A DNA stretch of 64,000 bases from Octopus vulgaris (taxonomy: Eukaryota), in contig OX597815.1 of assembly GCA_951406725.2 (NCBI GenBank), forward strand, positions 40,610,001 through 40,674,000. The letters run 5' to 3'. The notes under the pieces are model-generated. The model was not told where the DNA came from and did not search any database. It was given only the letters and a program-made list of their open reading frames with translations. Shown here in pieces: positions 13,100 to 25,540 of this stretch. The position numbers and the translations under genes were made by a program. Numbering within the stretch: the stretch's first letter is position 1; every line of letters starts with the position of its first letter.

Positions 13100-13377
13100 T
13101 GGTGGTGAGCTGGCAGAAACGCGAGCATGCCAAGCAAAATGCTTAGCGGTATTTCATCTGCCATTATGTTCTGAGTTCAAATTCCCCCGAGGTCGACTTT
13201 GCCTTTCATCCTTTCGGAGTCGATAAATAAAGTACCAGTTACGCACTGGGATCAATGTAATCGACTTCATCTCTTTGTCTGTCCTTGTTTGTCCCCTCTA
13301 TGTTTAACCCCTTGTGGGTAGTAAAGAAATAGGTATTTCGTCTGCGGTTACCTTCTGAGTTCAAATTCCGCCAAGGT
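13100..13377 (+). mobile_element. tRNA-derived SINE with Meta-like domain, plus a partial second head
   Basis: ggtgagctggcagaa..gagttcaaattcc..gcctttcatcctttcggagtcgataaataaagtaccagt. Confidence 0.75.
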
Positions 13378-13565
13378 CTTAGGAGGTGTGGGGCCCAACT
13401 GGGCATAATTTTGATTGGTCCCAGGTTCCCACTCAGCTTGCATCAAGTGTGTATATATATATATATATATATTAGAAGAAATGAGGTAATCAGAAGATCG
13501 GATGGTTTATATTTACAGATATTTATTTATATATTACGTTTTTTACATATATATCATATCACTTA

Positions 13566-13608
13566 GATCATTAGCGCTTTCTCCCATTCTAGTGGGGTTT
13601 TCAAATCA
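13566..13608 (-). ncRNA. hammerhead-like motif, U3-A8 core variant
   Basis: Minus: GAT TTGAAAA C CCCA-CTAGAA-TGGG A GAAA G-CG-C TA|ATGATC. Palindromic AGCGCT stem III; stem I weak and truncated by (TA)n. Confidence 0.45.
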
Positions 13609-13734
13609 TATATATATATATATATATATGTATATGTATGTATATATATGTGTATGTATGTATATACATATATGTATGTTTGTGTATATGATGTATATGT
13701 GTGTATGTATGTGTATATATCAATCTTTTATTCT

Positions 13735-14100
13735 TTTACTTGTTTCAGTCATTCGACTGTGGCCATGTTGGAGCACTGCCTTTAGTTGAACAAATCAATC
13801 CCAGGACTTATTCTGTGTGATCTTTGTACTTATTCTATCGGTCTCTTTTGCCAAACCGCTAAGTTACGGGGACAGAAACACACCAACATCAGCTATCAAA
13901 CAATGGTGAAGGGACAAGCAAACACATATATATATATACATATATACATATACAACAGGCTTCTTTCAGTTTCCGTCTATCACACAAGGCTTTGGTCAGC
14001 CTGAGGCTATAGAAGACACTTGTTCAAGGTACCACGCAGTGAGACTGCACCCGAAACCATGTGATTGGTAAGCAAGCTACTTACCACACAGCCACACCTG
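13735..14100 (-). mobile_element. CORE-like SINE
   Basis: Same family as 37759-38121. Confidence 0.8.
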
Positions 14101-14107
14101 TGCATAC

Positions 14108-14157
<50 letters not shown>

Positions 14158-14161
<4 letters not shown>

Positions 14162-14645
14162 TCATCATCATCATCATCATTTAGCGTCCGCTTTCCATGC
14201 TAGCATGGGTTGGACGGTTCAACTGGGGTCTGTGAAGCTGGAAGGCTTCGTCAGGCCCAGTCAGATCTGGCAGTGTTTCTACGGCTGGATGCCCTTCCTA
14301 ACGCCAACCACTCCGTGAGTGTAGTGGGGGCTTTTTACGTGCCACCCGCACAGGTGCCAGACAGAGCTGGCAAACGGCCATGAACGGATGGTGCTTTTAT
14401 GTGTCACCGGCACGGAGCCAGGCGGTGCTGGCAACGGACACGAACGGATGGTGCTTTTACGTGCCACCGACACGGGGCCAGACAGAGCTGGCAAACAGCC
14501 ACGAACGGATGGTGCTTTTACGTGTCACCGGCACGGGGACCAGGCCAGGCTGGCAACGGACACGAACGGATGGTGCTTTTACGTGCCACCGACACGGGGC
14601 CAGACAGAGCTGGCAAATGGCCACGAACGGATGGTGCTTTTACAC
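14158..14645 (-). mobile_element. RTE LINE 3' end with ~60-bp tandem repeats and (ATG)n tail
   Basis: (cat)n tail, ctggatgcccttcctaacgccaaccactccg, and five units ending gaacggatggtgctttta. Same 3' UTR as 43681-44130. Confidence 0.85.
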
Positions 14646-14799
14646 TTAATTGAAATAAAAAAGTTTCCCCCCAATTAAACATACACACATATATACATAC
14701 AAATCACCCACATACATACTCTCACAGATACATAAAATTATCAAGAAGACTCTGCCTACCACTGATTTTTTGTCTTTATGGGGTCAGTTTTAATTTATA

Positions 14800-15095
14800 G
14801 ACTAGTTTATCAAATCCCTTGTATATCTAAGGCTGAGAGAACAGAGGGTAGTATCTGTTAATTGTTCTATTTTTGTGAATTTTGGCAAGTCCATAGAATT
14901 TACTGAATTTGCTAGATAATAAAATTTGTTACAGGAAGTTTGTGAGATAATCATTTTCTTTATCAAGCCATTCCTGTGTTGGTTTATGAAGATGTGGAGT
15001 CTCAATATTGTCTCTTAAAAATCTTAAAAGCATTCCAAATGTTACTATCTCATTTGTCCACCTAGTCTATTTTTTCCAAACGTGTTCCAACCACC
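14800..15095 (-). mobile_element. Penelope-like RT N-terminal fragment
   Basis: Minus aaattctatggacttgccaaaattcacaaa = KFYGLAKIHK (PLE FYGLPKIHK motif). Confidence 0.65.
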
Positions 15096-15129
15096 TATCA
15101 ATATGTGTGTGTGTGTGTGTGTATATATA

Positions 15130-15515
15130 TCTCTCTATATATAAACGGCAGTTTGTCTGTGCGTTTTCTGTGTGTCTGTTTTCTCGTACCCTCACTCTGA
15201 CCACGGCTTTCAACCGATTCTGATGAAACTTGACACACGCATAGCCCAATGTCATAATTCAAAACTAACGCAGCGAAAATTTTGAAAAGTTCCCCCAGTT
15301 CTGAAAAAAATCGATAAATTCGACATGGGGTCGAGAATCAGAAACCCAAACCACAGACCGTCTAGGGGACGCAACTCCACCTTTTTTAACTCTCAAAAAA
15401 AAATTTACCATCATTTTTTTCCCCATTTTTTTGCTATTTTTTGGCTATAACTCTCTAAAAATGCTTTATAGTTATTTCCCTTACAAACCTGAGCAACGCC
15501 GGGCGATACTGCTAG
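15130..15515 (+). mobile_element. non-autonomous Helitron, copy 1
   Basis: A|TC start, subterminal hairpin cctgagcaacgccggg, CTAG|T end, no TSD. Confidence 0.8.
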
Positions 15516-16615
15516 TTTTCTATAAATTCGTGTCAGATGATGTAAAATCTGAATATAATCGGAATTTGTTGTAAAAAAATATCTGAATATAATCGGAATT
15601 TGTTGTAAAAAAATTTTCCATCAATGGGAAGAGGAATTTCGGAAAATTCGGGTGAGTCAGTATTTGTTTCTTCATAACTTTCATAAAAATTGATAGTTTT
15701 TAATGAAATTTTCTATAAATTCGTGTCAGACGATGTAGATTTTGATTATATTGGAATTATTTCTCGTTGAAAAATGTTTCTATGGGATGGAAGAGGAATT
15801 TCAGAAATTTATGAGTCGGCTTTTTTTCCTCATAACTTTCAGAAAAAAAGGTAAATTTTTAATGAATGTTTCTATAAATAACATTAAGAGTGTGTTAATT
15901 TCAATATTATTGAAATATATGTATATATATGCACACATACATACCGACACACATCACATTTTTTTTTTCAAAATTTCAACTTTTACTTTGTAGATACCGC
16001 CCTGTGTGTGTGTGTGAGCTTATCAGGTGGTCGTGGGATGTACTTAAAAAAACCACACCTAAATCGTCCTTAAATCACAAATAAATATTATAATTTGGTT
16101 GGTAGATTGCATAATTGTATGAATCCCCCTATATGGAATAAGTCCTGGGGTCGATTTGCTTGACTAAATGCGGTGCTCCAGCATGGCCACAGTTACATGA
16201 TTGAAACAAGTTCCGGGTTCAGTCCCGCTGTGTGGCACCTTGGGCAAGTGTCTTCTACTATTGCCTCGGGCCGACCAAATCCTTGTGAGTGGATTTGGTA
16301 GATGGAAACTGAAAGAAGCCCGTCGTATATATGTATATAAATGTGTGTGTGTGTGTGTGTGTCTGTGTGTGTGTGTGTCTGTGTGTGTGTGTGTGAGCTT
16401 ATCAGGTGGTCGTGGGACGTACTTAAGAAAACAACAGCTAAATCGTCCTTAAATCACAAATAATAATATAATTTGGTTGGTAGATTGCAATCCCCCTATA
16501 TAGAATATAAATTCGCAAAATTTTTCGGAAAATTCTAAAAAATGAAAAAGATCCGAGGGGTTTTATGGGCTGCTTAAATCAGAATTCCGCAAAAAAAGTT
16601 TTCCATTTTTGAAAA

Positions 16616-17000
16616 TCTCTCTCTATATAAACGGCAGTTTGTCTGTGTGCGTGTCTGTGTGTCTGTTAGGTTGTACTCTCACCCTGACCACGGCTTTCAA
16701 CCGATTCTGATGAAACTTGACACACACATAGCCCAATGTCATAATTCAAAACTAACGCAGCGAAAATTTTGAAAAGTTCCTCCAGTTCTGAAAAAAATCG
16801 ATAAATTCGACATGGGGTCGAGAATCAGAAACGCAAACCACAGACTGTCTAGGGGACGCAACTCGACCTTTTTAACTCTCAAAAAAAATTTACCATAATT
16901 TTTTTTTTCCATTTTTTTGCTATTTTTTGGCTATAACTCTCTAAAAATGCTTTATAGTTATTTCCCTTACAAACCCGAGCAACGCCGGGCGATACTGCTA

Positions 17001-17001
<1 letters not shown>
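16616..17001 (+). mobile_element. non-autonomous Helitron, copy 2
   Basis: Near-identical to copy 1: A|TC..cccgagcaacgccggg..CTAG|T. Confidence 0.8.
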
Positions 17002-17045
<44 letters not shown>

Positions 17046-17487
17046 GTGTATATAACGTTAAATACTGCAAGACATTTTCCCAAAGCTCAACAACAGATTC
17101 GTTTTAGCCAATGAAAAATTCTCTATGCAGACATTTGATCTGCTAGAAATAGCAGCCAAATCATTATTGAAATGCATTTGATGACGAAAGTTTGCCGGTT
17201 TACGGTTATCTAGATGCTAATCGACAGAGTACGTAATGATCTATTAAATTCCATATTTCCTCCAGATTTATCTCTATTTCAAGCCGATCCAGTGGCCGCG
17301 TAGAGTGTTCCTCGTTAAATGCGCTGGATCTGTTATTATTTGTTTATTGTTGTTCCAGTAAACTTATAATGAATAATGAGCACATCAATTGTTTTTCATG
17401 ACCATCGCATTAAATTTTTTTTTTATTCGGGTAATTGTATTGCAATGCATTATATTTGTTGCCTCTGAATTAGATAATACTTATTTT

Positions 17488-17908
17488 GGCGATCTTTCGT
17501 CTCTAGTAGACCTTTCCGTCGATTTCCGTAAAAAAGTTTTCTTTTTTACATATGGGCTTGCGGGAACTTTTGAAGTAATGAAAGCGAAAGAGACTAAGAG
17601 AAAGCGATTGTATGACGAGGGAAGTTCTTTTGAAGTTACCGTGCATGTGAAGCATTAATGTACATGTTTGTGTGTGTGTGTTTGATGGGGTGTGGGAGAC
17701 AGACAGTATGTTGCGTAAGTGAAGTGCTTCTGTTAGTGTGTGTGAAGAGACAGAGTAATGTGTGAAAGAAAGAGATAACTGAAATTTTTTACTCGGTGTA
17801 TGTGTATATGTATGTATATTACTTCAAAAGTTCCCGCAAGCCCATATGTAAAAAAAAAAATTTTTTACGGAAATCGACGGAAAGGTCTACTAGAGACGAA
17901 AGATCGCT
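17488..17908. mobile_element. MITE with ~90-bp TIRs and 8-bp TSD (Merlin-like termini)
   Basis: ggcgatctttcgtctctagtagacc.. / ..ggtctactagagacgaaagatcgct, with cttatttt duplicated at 17480-87 and 17909-16. Confidence 0.85.
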
Positions 17909-19219
17909 CTTATTTTTCAATATTCCTAGGGATTAATTAAACAAGTAAATTTATATATATTTCCAGCATGTTGGGTGACAGTTGTACATACACATACGCA
18001 TTCACGAAGCTGTTACTATAATTTAGTACCATGTCGGTTCTAATCCTTTGGGCCATCCTATTTTCTCATTTTTCGAACAACACAACCGATACGCTAAATT
18101 ATGTTTAATAAAGACGATAGGGGGTGATATGGGGGAAAATAAATTAGGCTTAAAAAAAAGATGAGACGGTCACAGTTGGAACATTTGTATTTAAATATAA
18201 ACACACTATGACCAAGTTTGGGGATATTTTTAAGAAACGGGATGCTCATGTTTGGAACGCTTTTAAGAGACAGGATGATCACAATTGAAACATGCTTCCC
18301 GCGCGTCAAGGCGCCAATCCACGCTCCTGTGAAAATCAGACAAGTTGAAATCAAATTGCAACATTTTCTATAAAGAAGTCTGAACAACGAGATATCTTAG
18401 GCTCATGTTCAATTTTATAGGTATAATAGCCGACTGCATCGAGTCCAGTTTATTTACAGCACTTGCGTTATTGATCTCAGAGGACTGAAGAACCAAGTTG
18501 GTGAAAGCTAAATTTAGAATCATTTTAGGTTTGATAAGGAAGCTGACCCAAGTTAAGACAAGGGAAGTTACCAACTAGATTGATTACATCGGTTCTTTCC
18601 CTTTATTTACAAAGCGCTTGCCGGAGTCTTTGTATGCATGATAGTGTTGAAGAGATTTGTAATATATTTAATGTTACATATTATTTCAATGAGTATGTAT
18701 GAATAAAGGACGTTTACATACCTGAGAGAGAGAGAGAGTGATGCATATATATATATATAAATTAGAGAAAACCACTATTAGGCAAATCAAACAGTGAAAA
18801 ACATAAAAATAAAAATAATTAATATAATATACAAAATATATAAAATATAAAATTAAAAAATTTTAATTATTTAAATTTAAAATTAAAATTATTAATTTAT
18901 ATTTATAAATTTTTATATTTATTTTTTTATTAAATTTATTTTTTAAAAATTAAATATATATAACTATCAAAAAGTATTAAAAAGTTTAATATATATATAT
19001 ATATACATCTCTCTCTCTCTCTATATATATATATAGTATTTTTGGAACAGTGCATCTCGAAGTAGATAAAGCTATGAATAATGTGTGAATATTGGGTTAA
19101 AAACCCCTTTGGATAGAAAAATATGTGTGTGTATAAAAGTAACTGTGAGAAATGTGTATGTAGTCAACGCTTACTTATATATCAAGAAAAGTATCTGTTT
19201 ATAGATATCTTTCACAGAG

Positions 19220-19415
19220 ATGGCAGAATCGTTAGAGCATCGGAAAAAATGCTTCGCCTATTTAAGCTTCGAGTTCAAATCCTACCGGTATCAACTTTGC
19301 CTTTCCTCCCTCAGAGATCGATTTAATAAAAGTTCCAGTTAAGTAGCGGGTTCGATTATATCGACAAATGCTATCTCAAAATTGCTAGCATTGTGCCTAA
19401 AACAGAAACTATTTA
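19220..19415 (+). mobile_element. Meta-like SINE (decayed)
   Basis: atggcagaatcgttag..gagttcaaatcc..ctttgcctttc. Confidence 0.55.
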
Positions 19416-19909
19416 TGTCTGGCAAAGAAGTGTGTGTGAGAGCGAACAGAGAATTTATAAGGACGACGAATATATCTTTTGCTTGTGTTATTTCATTCTG
19501 TTAGTAGTTGTCTCGGGCTCCTGACAGGATGGTCAAATAAACCGGCAGAAACATAAAAAGTAAACTGTAAAGAAGAATAGAATAAACAATTCTAACTTCT
19601 CAAGACTTAATTGACCCTAAGCTTAACTCCAACGATCCTCTGCTTGTATTTTCGATGTTATATAGAGTTATATTTTATCGTAGTTATTAAACTACATTTT
19701 AGATTTAGTATTTGTTTTATTCTTTCTAACAATTGCTTTCCGTTGAATTTGCTTAACACTTATTTTTGCTGGAATGGGCAATATTTCATTAGCATTAGCC
19801 ATGAATTTACAACTTTTATAAAACAAATTTTATTTACAATAAAATTATATTGCTGAAAAATATAAATTAAAATGACGCAAATTTTTTAAAATACATATAT
19901 GAATGTGTG

Positions 19910-19993
<84 letters not shown>

Positions 19994-20018
19994 TATTATG
20001 TATGTATATTAATGTGTG

Positions 20019-20936
20019 TAGGGGGGCAAAATTGGTAACTGGGGCAAAACGAGTAATTTCTAATTTCTCGTTATTTTCTCCCTGTCTATGGAAACTGTTA
20101 CGTTGCAAATATTGCATCATTTTGTACTGCTACATCATCTTTGGAAGTAAAAATTGGTCAGCATAGTTGTTGAAGTTGAGAGAGTTCAAAACATAGGTGA
20201 CTGGTATCTTTTTTTTTTCAAGAAATATTTCCTCAACCCAATTGTAATTGAGGTTGCTAATAAAATATCTGGATAGTTTTGGGTGTTTAACAATCAATAT
20301 TCTTTTCTCTGTTGGATTCCAACCCAATTTTCCCCACATTAATGTCTATTTTGATACTTTTCAACTTTCAAAAGAATTAAGTCTAAACTGGGGCAAAATG
20401 AGTAATGGCTAATTTTAATAATTCTTTCTCTTTAACAGTAAGGAGCATCAATATATCGGGGAGAGTGGTACTCCAAAAGATCGTTAAGAAGCTATAGAGA
20501 ACATTTTATGTTGAATTTATTTTTATTTAGTCAAGTTTCGTTAATTTCATATCATGTGCCATTTTTCCCTGAGCTTCTTTCATTTGACCTAGATATTTTA
20601 AATTTTCGTTGTATATCTGAGCTTTCTGATGTCTAAAGATTGATGTGTATGAGTCTTTTTTAAAATGTGATTCTAGAGAAGTGAAGAGGCAGATTTAGCT
20701 TATCTGGTCTTGCTCATTTCCCTCCAGCTAAATGTTTTTTTATATACACAAAGAGAACGAAGATTAATTCTCTGAAGTAGCGTTCAGATTATGTTGTAGT
20801 GTTTTTTAAATGCTTTTAAAGAAGGTAATTTGCTTAACTGATATTGCTTTTGTAAGGTCTGAACATTTGTACAAAAATAATGTTTTCTCCAAGTCGAAAA
20901 TGCAGTAAATTTTACTCATTCTGCCCCACTCTGTAT
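20019..20936. mobile_element. non-autonomous DNA transposon (Tc1/pogo-like ends)
   Basis: ggggcaaaa(c/t)gagtaa at ~20041 and ~20391, inverted ttactcattctgcccc at ~20913. No coding capacity. Confidence 0.5.
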
Positions 20937-20995
20937 ATACATACATATATATATACACACATACTTACATATATGTGTGTGTGTGTATGTATGTG

Positions 20996-21026
<31 letters not shown>

Positions 21027-21096
21027 GGATATATATATATATATATATATACATACATATATATATGGATATATATATATATATATATATATATGG

Positions 21097-21129
<33 letters not shown>

Positions 21130-24100
21130 TTCGATTCGTTTGGTTTCGTTTCGTTTCTTCTTCTTTAAGCTGGTTTATATATATATATATATACATACAT
21201 ACAAGCAAACTAAGCATTCTGACCATCCCAGACATTACTGAAACCAGGCTTTATATATAAATATATATCGGTTTCTGTATTCATTGCATATTGTGTGTGT
21301 GTGTGTAGCTTATTTCAATTATACAAACACACAAACCAACATACACAGTACAAGACCACAAGTAAACAATGGAAAGTAAAGCAGTCGCTCTGTCTGCTAG
21401 AAATAATACCCGAAGTTCACCCGAACGCCTTTAATTCTAGATTCACTATGTCTAAAAAAACAAAAACAAGAAAAGGCGGATAGTTACGGCTACAACGTCT
21501 CTGAACATAGGTTTGTAAGATCAGGGGTTGACTAGGGGCTAAAACACAACAGTGCAAAGCACACTGCTCGAGCGAGACATATAACAAAAACACAAAGACG
21601 TATGGAGAAAATATTAGGAAGAGGAGAGGAGAAAGTTAGGTTATTTTTATGGGGAGAAAGGAAGAAGGAAGGAGAATGAACAAGACTTTTGAAGACTGTC
21701 AGGGAAGCAGAGTAAGTGTTCAGAGCATTCACAGCACACACATAGACGTGTGTGTGTGTTTGTGTTAACCGCCCAACAGACACTACTGGATGCCTTGAGA
21801 AAATAATAGTCAACACAAAGACATGTAATATGCAGCTTACACAAACTTCTTTCACACATTGCCAGTCAGTCGGACGAGCGATGGTAGTTAAACTATTGAT
21901 GAACTCTGCGACCTTGAAACTTCCATTTAGTTGGAAGGGTATTTCAGATTAGTAGAACTTTAATTTTTAAATATAGTGGGGAATTCCGAATTGAATAAAT
22001 ATAAACAAACATAATTTTTAAAAAGTTTGATTTTTTTTTTATTCGAATATCAGTTTCAAATTACTTCTTTCCTAAAATATATGTTACATAAAGACGTTTG
22101 AAATTTCAAACTTCTTTTATTTAAATTTTCCATTCCTGAATCATCATATATTTTTTAAAACAGATTTAGTAGATGTTGATTATTATAGAAATATATGATT
22201 GTTAGGAATAATAAAAATAATAAGGGTAATATTTTCTTATTTGTCACTATATGACAGTGAAGGAAATGGTGGTATCTAACACTTTCTCCGATATTAATCA
22301 CATACGTGGAAAAATTTCTGACTAGGAATCGAAACAGGGGTCACGTATTGTCTTCTCTGCAGCAACAACAATAGCAGGCATGTAGCTACAGAGTGATGAA
22401 GCAAGCAGGCAACCATCAAATCAGTTTAGATTGAGCCACTTACTCTCACTCATTCCTTCCTCGGTTGATCCCTTCCTGTTGCAGCTGTTAGAGCTGAATT
22501 GTGGGTCACCGTTAAGGGAGCTACCTAGCTAGCTTTCAACAGCCGAGCCATAAAAAAATTGGATGTGAATATGTGTGTGTGGTTTACTTCTACTCACAAA
22601 GTTCGCGTGATCGAGAAGCAAGCAGGCAGCTGCCTAACCCAACTTTTTTTTGTTGTCGTTGGTGGTTCACTGGGGTTGACCTACTTGCATAATTATTGAA
22701 GGAGGAAAAAAACAGCTGAACAATAATTAATTATAAAGGAACTGTTTAATGAAGTAAAACTTTATAATCAATCTATTTCCTTATGTGACAGCCTGTGTGA
22801 TTTCAATCATTTTTTTTTTCTTTATTCCTAAATTACTTCGAAATAGAAGTACATTCGTCTATATGGATGCATGTGAGAGACGTAAATAATGTTGTATGAA
22901 TGGGTTTAACAAGATCCAAACTATTTGCACATTTTACAAACCGTATTTTTCATAAATTTTGTTAATAAAATATTTTCTACTTTATTATAAAGTAACTTTT
23001 TCTCCTTAATATGTTCATAAAATATTCCTCAAAGTACAAATATAAATAAACAAGGATTTGAAATAATAGTTAGAATTATGTTTCCTTTTCCCCAATTTTT
23101 CTTTAAAATAACATTTTAAATTATTGTACAATAGAAAATACAACGTTTAAACAGGAAAAAAAAACATAGTTTGGTATAATTAATTTTTTTAATAATAATT
23201 TCTTATTCGAGTCTGATACATGAAATTAGAATAGACAATCTGTTGGGATGTTCATAAGTTAAGACGACTAAAATAAGCGTTAAGTCTCAGAATAATTATA
23301 AGGTGTGATAAATGAGACTGGCGTGACCATTGTACAAGGAGTGAAAAGGTAGGAGCAGAGAATTGAAACACCGCACGTTGGTAGTTGTTTATAATTGAAT
23401 AGAATGGGAAAATTTACTTCATATTGAAAAGATTAAACATTAGGGATTTTATATTTTTCCACGAATATATTTTTCTTCCTTATTGGAATGAAAGATAATT
23501 ATAATAATGATTTACAATTTAATAGACAAAGCTTAAATACATTTCTAGAACAACTTCCTTTTTGAAATCTGTAACGTGATACGTAAAGTCAAGTAAAATG
23601 TTTAAATAAGAATTCAATTAAATAGGTGAACTATCTAAAAAACTTTCGTTCAAGGAAGATCATTTCCCCCACACACACACACTGATGCGTCCGCCAAGGG
23701 GAAAAGATGTGATGCGTGTGTGTGTGTATGTGCGCGCGAGTGTATCGATTTGTTCGGCTAAACCCATCCAGACAGTGACCCAGCACAACAGCGATACAGT
23801 GACTGAAACAAGAATAAAGAAAGGGAGTTTGTGTGTGTGTATAGCTGTGTAGTTAAGAAGCTCGTTTCGCATCTATATGGTTTGGGGTTCATTTCCAGCG
23901 CGCAGTACCTTGATCAAATATCTCCTGCTATAGGCCTAGGCTGACCAATATCTTGAGTGAATTTAGTAGGCGGAAACGGGCCGTACCAGACTAACCCCAG
24001 TACTTATATTTTTTTAAGCCTATTCTATCAATCTCATTTTACCGAACCAGGATAACCCCGTAGCTATCTTTATCAAATTACTCTACTGCTCTATGATTTA

Positions 24101-24152
24101 AAGTATGCTTCCATTTCAGATTTATGATTTACTGACAATATATATATACATA

Positions 24153-25540
24153 CAGTGGTGGGCTCGCTAACCGCTAAATAATAAAAGTTAGTTTCGCAAA
24201 CGCTAAATCGCTGAAGAGGTCAAAAAAAGAAAGGCGGAAGCTAACGCTAAATGATAATCGCTAACTTTTATCACATGAATTTAGTTTCGGTTTGGTTTTT
24301 TGACTCTAAACCCCCTAAAACAGACCTAGAGAACTGAATTTTCATAGACAAAAAGGCATAGTATGCCAAAATCAGATAATGATCAAGATGTAAGCAAAGA
24401 ACTAAAAGAACAACATTAAATTAAACATTCGTTTTCAGTCAACATACACTTTATTTACTGTACAAAAAGTATTAAACGAATCAAAAAGGTATAGTATAGC
24501 ATAGGTATCATGTCAAGATCAGATGATAATCAAGGTGTACTACTCTGGCTTGGCCTTCTCCATTGCCTCGATGTGATGCTGGTTGCCCTTCATGAACATC
24601 AGCCTCTCAAAGTTACCACCTGACAAGGTGGCTCTCTTGGCCCTCAAACTATCTTTGCCTATAGAGAATAGGCACTCAACTGCAGCACTAAATGGAATGG
24701 CAGTGTTATACTTGGTGAACAGGTCAATCAAGACCTGCTTACCCAAAAAGGTGACTTCAGTCAGGACCTCCTTCAAGACAGCCTCCAGCCAGGTCTTGAC
24801 CAAGTTCTGTGCCTTGTAGTTCAGTGACCTGTGACTCTTGCTCTCCCCTCATTCTTATTGCTGGTGATATTGCTGCTCTCTTCATTGGTCTCCATTAGGG
24901 CTGTCTCTATGACGATGCCCATGGCATTCGTTACTCTGCTCACCTGGCTGTTATACTGCTCCAACCAGAACAGGCGGAACTTGGGGTGGAAAGCAACGGC
25001 CAGCTGGTACTCCAGGTCTTCTTGGAGGAACCCAAACCATTTCATGATGCTTACCAGTATCGCATCTACTAGAAGACTGCAGTACAGGAGATGTTTGAAC
25101 TTGGCCTCCTTCAACTTCATGATGGTAGCTACTACAGTTGGCAGAAAGCTCCTGAAATAATCCTGGTCCTCCCTATGGATTTTATCCAAGGCCTTGGCAA
25201 CATTAGACATTAGGAAGCCGACATCAGAATCAGTGAAGGTCTGCAGCTTCAGCTGTGTCATCACCCTGTGGCCAGCTCCCCTATTCTTCTCCAGCAGGTT
25301 GCTGAGGACAACAACAGAGTCATAGGTAGAGTCCCATCTGGTACTGTTGGGGACCACCAGCCTCTTCTTCAATGCATCCAGATGCTGTCTGTCACCACCA
25401 TGCTGTGGTGCTGCAAATTCCGCAGCCGCTGTGCCTTGGATATAGCTTTCCTCTAGGCTGACTTGTCAAGAGCCTTGTCAGCATCCATGCTGGCTACCAA
25501 GTTGAAGGTATGGGCTGCGCACTTCATATACTTCAGGTGG
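24153..25540 (-). mobile_element. hAT (Ac/Tol2-like) transposon 3' half with transposase pseudogene
   Basis: KCAAHTFNLVA (CxxH), TRWDSTY, YNTAIPFSAAVECLFSIG dimerisation domain; terminus cagtggtgggc with subterminal cgcta repeats; frameshifted. Confidence 0.88.

Noticed and set aside
14330-14645. CRISPR-like repeat/spacer appearance
   Set aside because: Whole ~60-bp units repeat with no unique spacers; part of the RTE 3' UTR in eukaryotic DNA.
17286-17331. gatccag..ttcctcgt..ctggatc as an HDV-like ribozyme
   Set aside because: No P3 pairing around the loop and no P1/P2 pseudoknot.
18020-18056. Possible first exon of a minus-strand gene (MAQRIRTDM|gtacta)
   Set aside because: Weak donor, no recognisable homology, and no supportable downstream exons.
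20880-21260. Long YI/CV-rich ORFs (also 7222, 11716, 40265, 62094)
   Set aside because: Translations of microsatellites.
22315-22346. CTGACTA..GAAAC..GTC motif
   Set aside because: 3-8 pair broken and no stems; reads better as a reversed B-box remnant.
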